A DNA stretch of 49,150 nucleotides, from assembly GCF_006345805.1 (NCBI RefSeq), contig NW_021834408.1, forward strand, positions 1-49,150, read 5' to 3'. Positions 11,161 to 22,396 of the stretch are shown piece by piece (the first letter of the stretch is position 1; each line of letters starts with the position of its first letter). The notes under the pieces were generated by a model. It made no database searches. It saw nothing but the letters and a program-made list of their open reading frames with translations, and was not told the DNA's origin. The DNA comes from Octopus sinensis (Eukaryota). The position numbers and the translations under genes were made by a program.

Positions 11161-11504
11161 CTGAGAGACCCCCTTCGGTCACGACACTGACCATGGGATT
11201 GCACCTAGAATGTTACCCTCCCAGGCACAAGTCCGGGCAAGGTTGTTTATGGAAGACCAGCAGTCGCCCATGCATACCAGCCTCCCCACTCTACACCACC
11301 AGTGTTATCCAAGGGAAAGGCAAAGGGGCCGATACAGCTTGCCACCTGTGACACTGCAACTCATTTCTAAGGCTGAGTGAACTGGAGCAACGTGAAATAA
11401 AGTGTCTTGCTCAAGTACACAACACGGAGCCCAGTCCGGGATTCGAGCTCACAACCTCACGATCGTAAGCTCAACACTCTAACCACTGAGCCATGCACCT
11501 TCAC
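11161..11504 (-). mobile_element. tRNA-Arg(ACG)-like-headed SINE (copies at 19276-19619 and 36353-36696; partial at ~37455-37600)
   Basis: Reverse complement reads ggctcagtggttagagtgttgagcttACGatcgtgaggttgtgagctcgaatccc (A box, anticodon loop, B box), then cttgagcaagacacttta. Confidence 0.8.
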
Positions 11505-11529
11505 ATATATACACACATACATCTATCTA

Positions 11530-11643
<114 letters not shown>

Positions 11644-12234
11644 CACACACATATATCTATCTATAAATACACATATATATACCCACATATATGCATTCAC
11701 ATGTACACACACATACATACACATAGATTTCTTGCACTCGTTAATCAGACACCTCTCCATGTGACACACACCACTTTAAATACCACTTCAGATATTGAAA
11801 TATATTCTTTGGAATGACTTTGTTCCCATTACGTCCTGTGTTAAACAGTGACAATGGGGCCATCCATGCCCACCCTCGCCAACTCACTCTCTAAGCAACC
11901 TTGCAACACATGAGCATGTTACCAACGCATGACATAATCTCCTGATAAACTGCTCTTCTCTCTTTGTTGTTTTTAGCAGATTAGATTAACAATGTTGACC
12001 AAAGTCTTCTCTTATCAGCAAAACAGAACATACACTCTCAGCTAATGAGGGGCTATGTACGTGGTAAATCAACAGACAAGAAATAGCAGCCAATTTTGCT
12101 GTTAATCACACCCTTGTCTTATATCAAAAGACCCCTTAGATAGTGCAGTTCAAAATAGATGTAAAATTTTGGGATGGTCATGGATGGAATGCTTTTGATC
12201 ATGAATCCTAATCAGTGTTTGGCTGCTTCCAGTA

Positions 12235-12600
12235 ATGGCTACTTGGTAAGAAGCTTATTTCCCAACCGCACGTTGCTGGGCTCAGTCCCACTAAGTAGCA
12301 CCTTGGGCAAGTGTCTTCTACTATAGCCCCAATCCAACCAAATCCTCAAGAAGGGATTTCTTTGATGAAAACTAAAAAGAAGGCTGATGAGTTTTTGTCT
12401 GTTCCTTTGCATTATTTGGAAGCAGGTGTTGGTTTGCTTACGTCCATGTAACCTTGCAGTTTGGCGAACCAGAGCAATAGAATAACTGTCAGACTTTCAG
12501 TCCAAATACGGAAATAATAATAATACTGCAGTCAATTTGATCATTTAAATTAATGAAGGCATTGCTCCAGCATGGCAACAGACTAGTGTATGAAAAAGCA
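12235..12600 (+). mobile_element. Old degenerate tRNA-derived SINE (copy at ~20545-20910)
   Basis: Matches the 41441-41850 family (tcagtcccact, ccttgggcaagtgtcttctactatagcc, gctccagcatggc). Confidence 0.7.
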
Positions 12601-12666
12601 ACATAGAATATATGTTTGTGTGTGTGCATACACATGTATATACATACATGAGTGTTTATATATACG

Positions 12667-13081
12667 TCCGTTCGTGGCCGGTTGCCAGCTCTGTCTGGCC
12701 CCGTGTCGGTGGCACGTAAAAGCACCATCCGTTCGTGTCCGTTGCCAGCATCGCCTGGCCCCGTGCCGGTGACACGTAAAAGCACCATCCGTTCGTGTCC
12801 GTTGCCAGCATCGCCTGGCCCCGTGCCGGTGACACGTAAAAGCACCATCCGTTCGTGGCCGTCTGCCAGCTCTGTCTGGCACCTGTGCAGGTGGCACGTA
12901 AAAAACACCCACTACACTCGCGGAGTGGTTGGCGTTAGGAAGGGCATCCAGCCGTAGAAACACTGCCAGATAAGACTGGGCCTGACGAAGCCTTCCAGCT
13001 TCACAGACCCCAGTTGACCCGTCCAACCCATGCTAGCATGGAAAGCAGACGCTAAACGATGATGATGATGATGATGATGAT
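12667..13081 (+). mobile_element. 5'-truncated RTE 3'UTR (4 x 60-bp repeats and GAT tail) at the A/B junction
   Basis: Period-60 repeat aaaagcaccatccgttcgtg...gcacgt followed by the shared RTE tail and (gat)n. Confidence 0.85.
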
Positions 13082-13434
13082 ATATATACACACACACACA
13101 CACACACCATATATATTCAAGTAATAATCAATCTCATGTAAAAATCAACCCTCTCCTTTTGGCCTAAAAATTGGGAATTTTCCATAGACCCCGTATAAAG
13201 GTCAACTCTTGTATTTCTCAAAGAACAAGACAGCATCTGTGGGTCAAGATACCGTATTATCTTCTACATAGAAATGACACTGTTACAAAATTGTGTGGCT
13301 ACCTAACTGTAGGAATGGTGGAATGCTTGGTGCTTATAGTAAAATACCATTTAATAGGGAACACTTCACATCTGTTGAGGGATTGCGATTGAATGAGTGC
13401 GACAGAAAGAAAAGAAGAGACAGAGAGAGAGAGA

Positions 13435-13500
<66 letters not shown>

Positions 13501-16500
13501 CAGACAGCAACAGAGAGTTGCCAGTTGTTAAATGCGGATGAATCTCCCACTTGAGGTAAGAAAAAAAGGTGGCAGGCAGGGGTCTTCAAAGGGAACAGTA
13601 ATTTACTCATTAATTACTTCATACTGAAACCAATTACTTCATATTAGCAGTAATTATTTTCATTTCGATTCTATCTATCTATGTGTGTGTGTATGTGTGT
13701 GTATATATATGGGTGTGTGTGTATGTATATATGTATGTGTGTAAGTATGTATCTAAGAATGTTTTATTGCTTAAGAAAAGCTCAAAATGCTTAAATAAGT
13801 GATGACCATTAGGGGCAATATCAGGGCAATAGGCACTGTGAAGAGGTTCTTAAAGGATCTTTCCATAGACACCCACATCGCATTCTCAGATAAATTCTTT
13901 CATTTTTTCCCCCATTTATTCTAATCCATATTTTCTCATCCATAATTTTTACCAAATCAGTCAATAAAATATTCTCCTTCATTGATCACAACTCCTTACC
14001 AATATTTTGTTAGCTTCTCAATGCCCTGACGGTAGAAATTTCCTGGTCTTGCAATCGAAGAATTCATCGAGCCATGTTTTCAACTTCATGGCCGAGTTGA
14101 ACGAAACGCCTTGCAGACTGTTGGAGAGCGACAATGGGGTAAAGAAATTGATGCTACTGTAGCTTGTAGCCCCAGGACGACATCGCCTCCAGCTGGCTAT
14201 TGACACACTTTCTGTGCCCTATCAGTATTTGCAAAGGGAAGCCATCCTTCCCTTCTCCAGTCAGACATTATACATATGGACCGGAGTTTCTGGACAGGTC
14301 AATGCCCAGAAACTCGGGTCCGTGTGTATCACGTCAGGTTGAAGATGGGAAGGATGGCTTCCCTTTGCAAATACTGATAGGGCACAGAAAGTTTGTCAAT
14401 AGCCAGCTGGAGGAGATGTCTTCCTGGGGCTACAAGCTACAGTAGCATCAACCCTTAAGGGTTAGTCATATTTAGGTGGCAAATATACTTCACAATGTTG
14501 TGCAGTTAGAGTTCATACCTCGCTCAGAGATTTATGATATATATATCCCTCTCTCTCTCTTTCGGAGAGGCACTGAGCAGCTATACGCACACATACACAC
14601 ACGGCAGTAACTCCCGCCTACCGAATTCAATCACAAAGCTTCGGTTGGCTCGGGGCTATAGTGGAAGACACCTACCCAATGTGCCACGCAGTGGGACTGA
14701 ACCTGAAGCCAGGTAGCAAGGAAGCAAGCTCCCTAACCACACACACACACACACACATATAAATATATATATATATATATATGGAGAGAGAGAGAGAGAG
14801 GGGAGTGAAAGAGAGACAGACAGAAAGAGAGAAGGACAGAAAGAGACTACTAGCTAGATGGATGTGTAGGCAAGGGCGTGTGTGCAATGCAGTGGTGTTG
14901 GCAGTTGAGGTGAAGGAGATAATGGCAAGGAGTCATTGTTTCCTCTGATATTGCAATCTCTTATTTCTTTGGCAAATCTCAAAGTTGAAGAGAATTTCAC
15001 AATAAATGATGGCAGGTGGCAGGGAGGAGGGTCTGCAAACAGGATAAGAGCTGATAGGGGTGCAATATCACAGAAGATATATAAAGAGGAGTTGGGGGTA
15101 GGTAAGGGGGCGTTAATGGGTGTATGGTGTGTGTATACAAGAGCAACAGCTATGATAACTGTGTATGTGTGTGTGTAGTATCACTATGTAAAGCCACATG
15201 GTTCTGGGTTCAGTCCCATTGCGTGGCACCTTGGGCAGTTGTCATCGACTACAGCCACAGGCTGAGAAAAACCTTGTGAGAGGATAGGGTAAACGGAAAC
15301 TGAAAGAAGCCCATCATCTCCAAGTGTGTGTGTTTGTCTTCCCCTCCACTGCTTGACAACCAGTGTTGGTGTGTTCATGTTGCTGTAACTTAGCGACTTG
15401 GCAAAACGAGATCGACAGAATAGGTTCTAGTCTTAAAACCTAATAAGTACAGGAGTTGATTCACTTGACTAAATGTCATCAGGTCATTGCTCCATCATGG
15501 GCGTAGTTTAATGACTGAAACTAGTATAGTACACACACACACACATAAACTGGAAACAAGCTATGTTAGATGATGATTATGATACATACATACATATGTA
15601 CGGACGTATGTCTATATATGTATGTATCAATTTAAAAACTGAAATACATTTTGGCCAAAGACTAGCCCCAACCATGTCTGACTTAATAGCATCCCCTCAT
15701 AGGATCTATTAAATCATTTTCAAGTCATATTTTGTGGTATCGAGCCCCATTCACGTAGGGAGTTGTTGAGTGAGATGTACCCAGGTATTGGGGTTTCTCT
15801 GGTATCCCCTGAGGAACTTTGTCCAGGTTTCATTTAAAGGGAATGGGATAGTATTTTTTTTCTTTGATTTGTTTTTGGATAACATTATATGGAATAGGGT
15901 CCTGTTGAGGAAAAGAATTATATTGCTGTGGATTTATGTGTTGTGATCCTGAATTGTGCAGGGGCCATGTGGCACGTGGCCACCCTAGCCCTGGATGTAT
16001 TCTGAATCAAATATTAATGTTGTTTCAGCAATGCTGGTCATGTATTCGCCACATCGTGCAAGATGGCTTTGGAGAGAATAAAGTTTCAATGCTTTAATGT
16101 GGTCCCAATAATCAAGACGAGTCATACTTTGTATTTCTTTAATGATTGCTCTCTGGAGTGACTCATTTCTCTGAATGTTTTGTGTGGTGTGGGGCAGGGG
16201 TGGGGGACCGTAGGGGGCAGCATCATTTTAGGTGTGGCTGCTCAAAAGAGGAGAGTGGGGGAACAATCGCATCTTGCTCTCCGGACTGGAAAGTTCCGAG
16301 GATCCAGGAGCTTGTCCTGCAAGCTATATTGACTTCATTGTTGATGCATAGCAAGCATAAGACCGCTGTCCCACCCGTAGGTCCATTGAGAGACAATAAC
16401 AGGATTCTCCACCACAACGCTAAAGACATGGCTCAAGTACTACAGAAACAATACTGTCCTGCCTTTAGCGATCCCACTGATATTGATGCAAGGGATGTGA

Positions 16501-17819
16501 ACGGGGTCAACCCTCAGCTTATTATCTCTACCATAACTGTCTCACACACTGAAGCAGCAAAGAAGACCAAACTGAACACGTGCAGTTTGCAAAAGAGAAT
16601 GCCCTCAGCCGACCATATTCTCTTCCATCAGAGGAACTACTCACAGCATCCAAAAGTAGAGACTTAGGAGTAGCTGTTGAAAACAGTCTCAGCTGGAGTG
16701 TTCTCATCAACACTAAAGTCAATATGGTTCACAGAATGAGCTCCTCGATCCTTAGAACCTGCCAGTCCAAGGTGCCAAAATGTCATCAGACCATTTCCTC
16801 CACCTCTGTCCACCTTACATGACCATGCCAGCGTAGTCATCTATCTTGTACACCACATCCGATGTCTCCAATTTTCTCAGCACATTTCTTTGTCCTAAAA
16901 GCACCCTGGTATTGCACATCCAGTGGAGCATGCTAGTTTCTTCTCTTTCTATATCTTCTGCATTCAACGCCTAACATTCACAACTGTGTAGCTTTGCTGT
17001 TTGTATATAGGCATCGTACAACCTACCTTTCACTCTGGGAGAAAAGCCTTTCATTACCAACTTACATAAAAGTTCTCTAAGCTTTCTCCACTCACATCTT
17101 ATTCCAGTAACTATCCTTTCAGTCTATCCTCCTCCACTGTTAATTAGCTCACCTAGATAACAGAATCTGCCTACTATTTCTAGGGAGCCTCCTACGTATT
17201 CCACAACATCTATTTCCCATGTTCTCTTATTACATAGTGCTCCTGCACATCTGCCACAAAAAAACTTCTGTTCTCTCTCTCTTTACATTCCGATCATACC
17301 CATACACCTCTTGTGTGTCCATGGTTTGCACTGAGGACATTGTAAGCAATTTCTGCCTACACCTTGTCTATACATGGAACAGGGTCATTTACCCAAACGG
17401 ATTACTGCCCTATTTTTCTGCTAACTTGAACTTGGGTCTTTGCCAACTTAACTTTAAGACCCTTTCATTCCTGGTTTTGTTTTCACATTTGGAATTCTCA
17501 AATTAATTCTCCTAAGTTTCAGCTGTAAGAACAAGATCTTCATCATAGAGGAGTTCCCATGGGTAACCAGTCTTAAATTCCTCCGTTATGGCCTTGACGA
17601 CTATGTAAAATAAGAGAGGTCCCATGACTGACCCAGGATTGAACACCCACTTGCACACTAAATTCATCTCCCTGTACTCATTGTTAACTGTCTTCTTCAT
17701 TAACTGGGCTACGGCTCTTGCAGGGACATTTATAACCTGGTCCAGTAATTTAATACACACATGTATACACATACATACGTATATTTGTACATATACCTAT
17801 ACATACATACATACATACA

Positions 17820-17852
<33 letters not shown>

Positions 17853-19658
17853 GTTTACATATATACATGCCAAATCTGCAGCTGGTGCAAAGTCCCATCC
17901 AGACCTAGGGTGACATGGTAGAGGAACAATGCTGTTGACAAGGCCATTAGAGCAAAGAAGATTGGGGGTAGGAGGAAACCGTATCAGATAACCAGAAGGA
18001 AAGCTAGGGGACAGGTCTATCTAGCCAAGAGGGAAGCAGGAAAGAAGTTTGCCTATGTTTAGCGACATGAGAACCAGAGTCTTGAAGTGTTTTGGAATGC
18101 AAGAGAGTGTATGAGAGAGATTTGTGATGTCATAGGAGAGAAATGTGTCCACATGGATGATGGTTCACTAGCATTTAATGATTTGGCAAGGAAAGAGGCT
18201 TAGAAATTCCATTATGAAAGACTGCTGGACGTGGAGAATGAATGGGAGGAGAGTCTGCCAAATGTTGACCCAACTGAGGGACCAGCTATCCAAAGTGACA
18301 ATATCTTGATAGATAAAGCATTTAAGAATATATAAACAGGGAAATACCCCGGCCCATCAGGAATCACTGCTGAGATCCTTAAAATATCTTGGCGTGTGTG
18401 GGTAATGGTCTACTCACTCATATCAAGTTGTTCACGAAGGAGTCATACCCAATGACTGGTGTAGCAGCACCATAGTGAACTGCTACAAATGGGAAGGTGA
18501 TGCTTTAGATAGGAATAATTGCAGAGGTATCAAATTGTTGAATCAAATGATGTAAGTTGCAGAGAGGGTCCTAACCAAACTAATTAGGGAGAGAGTTAGT
18601 CTAGAAGAGATGCACTTTGGTTTTGTGGTGCCAGGGAGAAGCACCTCTGATGCTATATTTCTGGAAGGGCAGCTTCAGGAGTGTTATGGAGAGTTCTAGC
18701 ATCTAAATCTGTCCAATAGAATATTCTAGAGAGTTCTACAACTATTCATTCGATTCTATTGGACAGATTTAGATGCTAGTGATCTCCACAACAAAGAGCA
18801 ATATGTAACCAAAAATGAACCTCTATACTTCGCTTTTGTTGACTTGGAGAAAGCATTTGACAGGGGCCCCCGATCCCTTATCTGGTTGTCAGTGCTGAAA
18901 CTAGGGTTAGACGAGTTGTTGGTGAGCCGTTCAAGCAGTGCACAGGGACACAATCAGCAAGGTGATCGTTGGCCAGGAGTACAGTGAAGAATTCAGGGTA
19001 TAAGTAGGTATTCACCAAGGATCGGTTCCCAGCACCCTCGTGTTCATCATAGTTCTCCAGGCAATAACAGAGGAATGTATGACAGACTGTGCCTGGGAGC
19101 TCCTCTAAGCTGATGTCTTTGCTATAATAGATGAATCACTTCCAGAACTAGGGAAAAAGTTTCAGGTATGGAAGCAAGGTCTAGAATAGAAGGGCCTTAG
19201 AGTTAACCTAGCAAAATCTTAGTAAATAGAAGTCAGACAAATCACGAATCCCTTCACGTACATGCATATATATATCTGAGAGACCCCCTTCGGTCACGAC
19301 ACTGACCATGGGATTGCACCTAGAAAGCTACCCTCCCAGGCACAAGTCCGGGCAAGGTTGTTTATGGAAGACCAGCAGTCGCCCATGCATACCAGCCTCC
19401 CCACTCTACACCACCAGTGTTATCCAAGGGAAAGGCAAAGGGGCCGATACAGCTTGCCACCTGTGACACTGCAACTCATTTCTAAGGCTGAGTGAACTGG
19501 AGCAACGTGAAATAAAGTGTCTTGCTCAAGAACACAACACGCAGCCCAGTCTGGGATTCGAGCTCCCAACCTCAAGATCATAAGCTCGATACTCTAAACA
19601 CTGAGCCATGCACCTTCACATATATACACACATACATCTATCTATATATGTATATATG

Positions 19659-19689
<31 letters not shown>

Positions 19690-19888
19690 GCGAAATGCGA
19701 AACCGGTCTTTCTTCGTAATTATGTCATTATAAGAGGAAAAAAATTAAAAACAAATTTTTTTTATATTCTTCAGACATATTGACGCAAATATATATATTT
19801 TTTAACATTTAAGCCTTCTGTAGTTTTTTCACTTTTTACGATTTTATATATATTCACCCACATGCTTCCACAAACAAACTTTCTTATC

Positions 19889-19945
<57 letters not shown>

Positions 19946-21020
19946 ATGTGTGTGTGTGTATATATATTATATATATACACACACATACATATATCTATCT
20001 ATACATACACATATATATACCCACATATATGCATTCACATGTACACACACATAGTTTTCTTGCACTTTTTTATCAGACACCTCTCCACGTGACACACACC
20101 ACTTTAAATACCACTTCAGATATTGAAATATATTCTTTGGAATGACTTTGTTCCCATTACGTCCTGTGTTAAGCAGTGACAATGGGGCCATCCATGCCCA
20201 CCCTCGCCAACTCACTCTCTAAGCAACCTTGCAACACATGACATAATCTCCAGATAAACTGCTCTTCTCTCTTTGTTGTTTTTAGCAGATTAGATTACCA
20301 ATGTTGACCAAAGTCTTCTCTTATCAGCAAAACAGAACATACACTCTCAGCTAATGAGGGGCTATGTACGTGGTAAATCAACAGACAAGAAATAGCAGCC
20401 AATTTTGCTGTTAATCACACCCTTGTCTTATATCAAAAGACCCCTTAGTAAGTGCAGTTCAAAATAGATGTAAAATTTTGGGATGGTCATGGATGGAATG
20501 CTTTTGATCATGAATCCCAATCAGTGTTTGGCTGCTTCCAGTAATGGCTACTTAGTAAGTAGCTTATTTCCCAACCGCACGTTGCTGGGTTCAGTCCCAC
20601 TAATTGGCACCTTGGGCAAGTATTTTCTACTATAGCCCCAATCCAACCAAATCCTCAAGAAGGGATTTCTTTGATGAAAACTAAAAAGAAGGCTGATGAG
20701 TTTTTGTCTGTTCCTTTGCATTATTTGGAAGCAGGTGTTGGTTTGCTTACGTCCATGTAACCTTACAGTTTGGCGAACCAGAGCAATAGAATAACTGTCA
20801 GACTTTCAGTCCAAATAAGGAAATAATAATAATACTGCAGTCAATTTGATCATTTAAATTAATGAAGGCATTGCTCCAGCATGGCAGCAGACTAGCGTAT
20901 GAAAAAGCAACATAGAATATATATGTGTGTGTTATGGAGAGTGCTAGCATCTAAATCTGTCCAATAGAATATTCTATATGTGTGTGTGTGTATACACATG
21001 TATATACATACATGTGTGTT
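13082..21020 (+). repeat. Segmental duplication unit B (lacks A:1824-5520 and A:6117-6607)
   Basis: Junction ggggtaaagaaat|tgatgctactgt at 14148/14149 fuses A:1823 to A:5521. Confidence 0.95.
14149..14494. mobile_element. Palindromic foldback element, unit B copy with truncated left end
   Basis: Same sequence as 5521-5864. Confidence 0.85.
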
Positions 21021-21111
21021 TATATATATATATATATACATGTGTGTCTATATATATATATATATGTATATATACATGTGTGTGTATATATATATATATA
21101 TTCATGTGTAT

Positions 21112-21142
<31 letters not shown>

Positions 21143-21143
<1 letters not shown>

Positions 21144-21535
21144 CTCTTTAACTTGTTTCAGTCATTTGACTGTGGCCATGCTGGAGCACCGCCTTTTAAT
21201 CGAGCAACTTGACCCCGGGACTTATTCTTTTGTAAGCCCAGTACTTATTCTATCGGTCACTTTTGCCGAAGCGCTAAGTTACGGGGACATAAACACACCA
21301 GCATCGGTTGTCAAGCAATGCTAGGGGGACAAACACAGACACACAAACACACACACGCATATATATATACATACATATATACGACGGGCGTCTTTCAGTT
21401 TCCTTTTACCAAATCCACTCACAAGGCTTTGGTCGGCCCGAGGCTATAGTAGAAGACACTTGCCCAAGGTGCCACGCAGTGGGACTGAACCCGGAACCAT
21501 GTGGTTGGTAGACAAGCTACTTACCACACAGCCAC
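21143..21535 (-). mobile_element. Near-complete tRNA-derived SINE
   Basis: Reverse complement of the 41441-41850 family from head (gtggctgtgtggtaagtagcttg) to tail (aatgactgaaacaag). Confidence 0.85.
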
Positions 21536-21611
21536 CATGATCCTCTGACCATGAGTCCACTGCTCTGACCAGTGGGCCATTGTGCTTCCACTATATATAT
21601 ATATATCTCAT

Positions 21612-21687
<76 letters not shown>

Positions 21688-21745
21688 GTATATATATTGT
21701 GCTTCCACTATATATATATATTATATATATATAATATATATATAT
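21535..21745 (-). repeat. Left arm of the inverted repeat flanking the LINE (SINE head plus interrupted TA tract); partner at 25945-26197
   Basis: ccatgatcctctgacc...agtgggccattgtgcttccac is the reverse complement of gtggaagcacaatggcccactgg...ggtcagaggatcatgg; both TA tracts carry the same interruptions. Confidence 0.85.
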
Positions 21746-21828
21746 CTACGAAATTTAACCTTAGGCTACCTCAAGCCGTAATCCCATCTTACCCCATCTT
21801 TCCGCCATCGGCGGTGCGCCCGCCCCCC

Positions 21829-22051
21829 CACCCCCACCACCAATACCGATGAACACTGTTCTCACCCCCACCACCAATACCGGTGAACACTGTTCTCACC
21901 CCCACCACCAATACCAGTGAACACTGTTCTCACCGCCACCACCAATACCGGTGAACCCTGTTTTCACCCCCACCACCAATACCAGTATACCCTGTTCTCA
22001 CCGTCTACACCGGATACGCCCTACTCATCTACACCGGATACGCCCTACTCC
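21829..22051 (+). repeat. 5'UTR tandem repeats: 5 x 34 bp then 2 x 24 bp
   Basis: Unit cacccccaccaccaataccggtgaacactgttct x5; tctacaccggatacgccctactc(a) x2. Confidence 0.9.
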
Positions 22052-22396
22052 CTCCTCCTCCCCCCACTACCCCTTCTCCTCATATGCTTTCACTGTGAAA
22101 AGACAAGCTGCTAGCGCCGTAGCTCATCAACTGCCCACCGATCTTACGCTTCCTCCTGACACTGCCTCAATCCGACCATCCCCTTTTAGTACCCTCCCGC
22201 CTCGTAATATCCTACGTTTTTATTTCTTACGAACCTACACCAACCCTTCCTGCCATCGTTCCTCCTTACCCCAACCTTCCCCACTGGTTGCTCCCCTATA
22301 TTACCCGCCTCAACTGGACCCCCCCTCCCCAACTCAACTCTAGAATATCTGTATTTCTTTCCTCTACCTAATTACGTTACTCAGTGACGATAACGA

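Noticed and set aside
11425-11500. tRNA-Arg gene on the minus strand
   Set aside because: No proper acceptor stem and it continues into a SINE body; it is a SINE head
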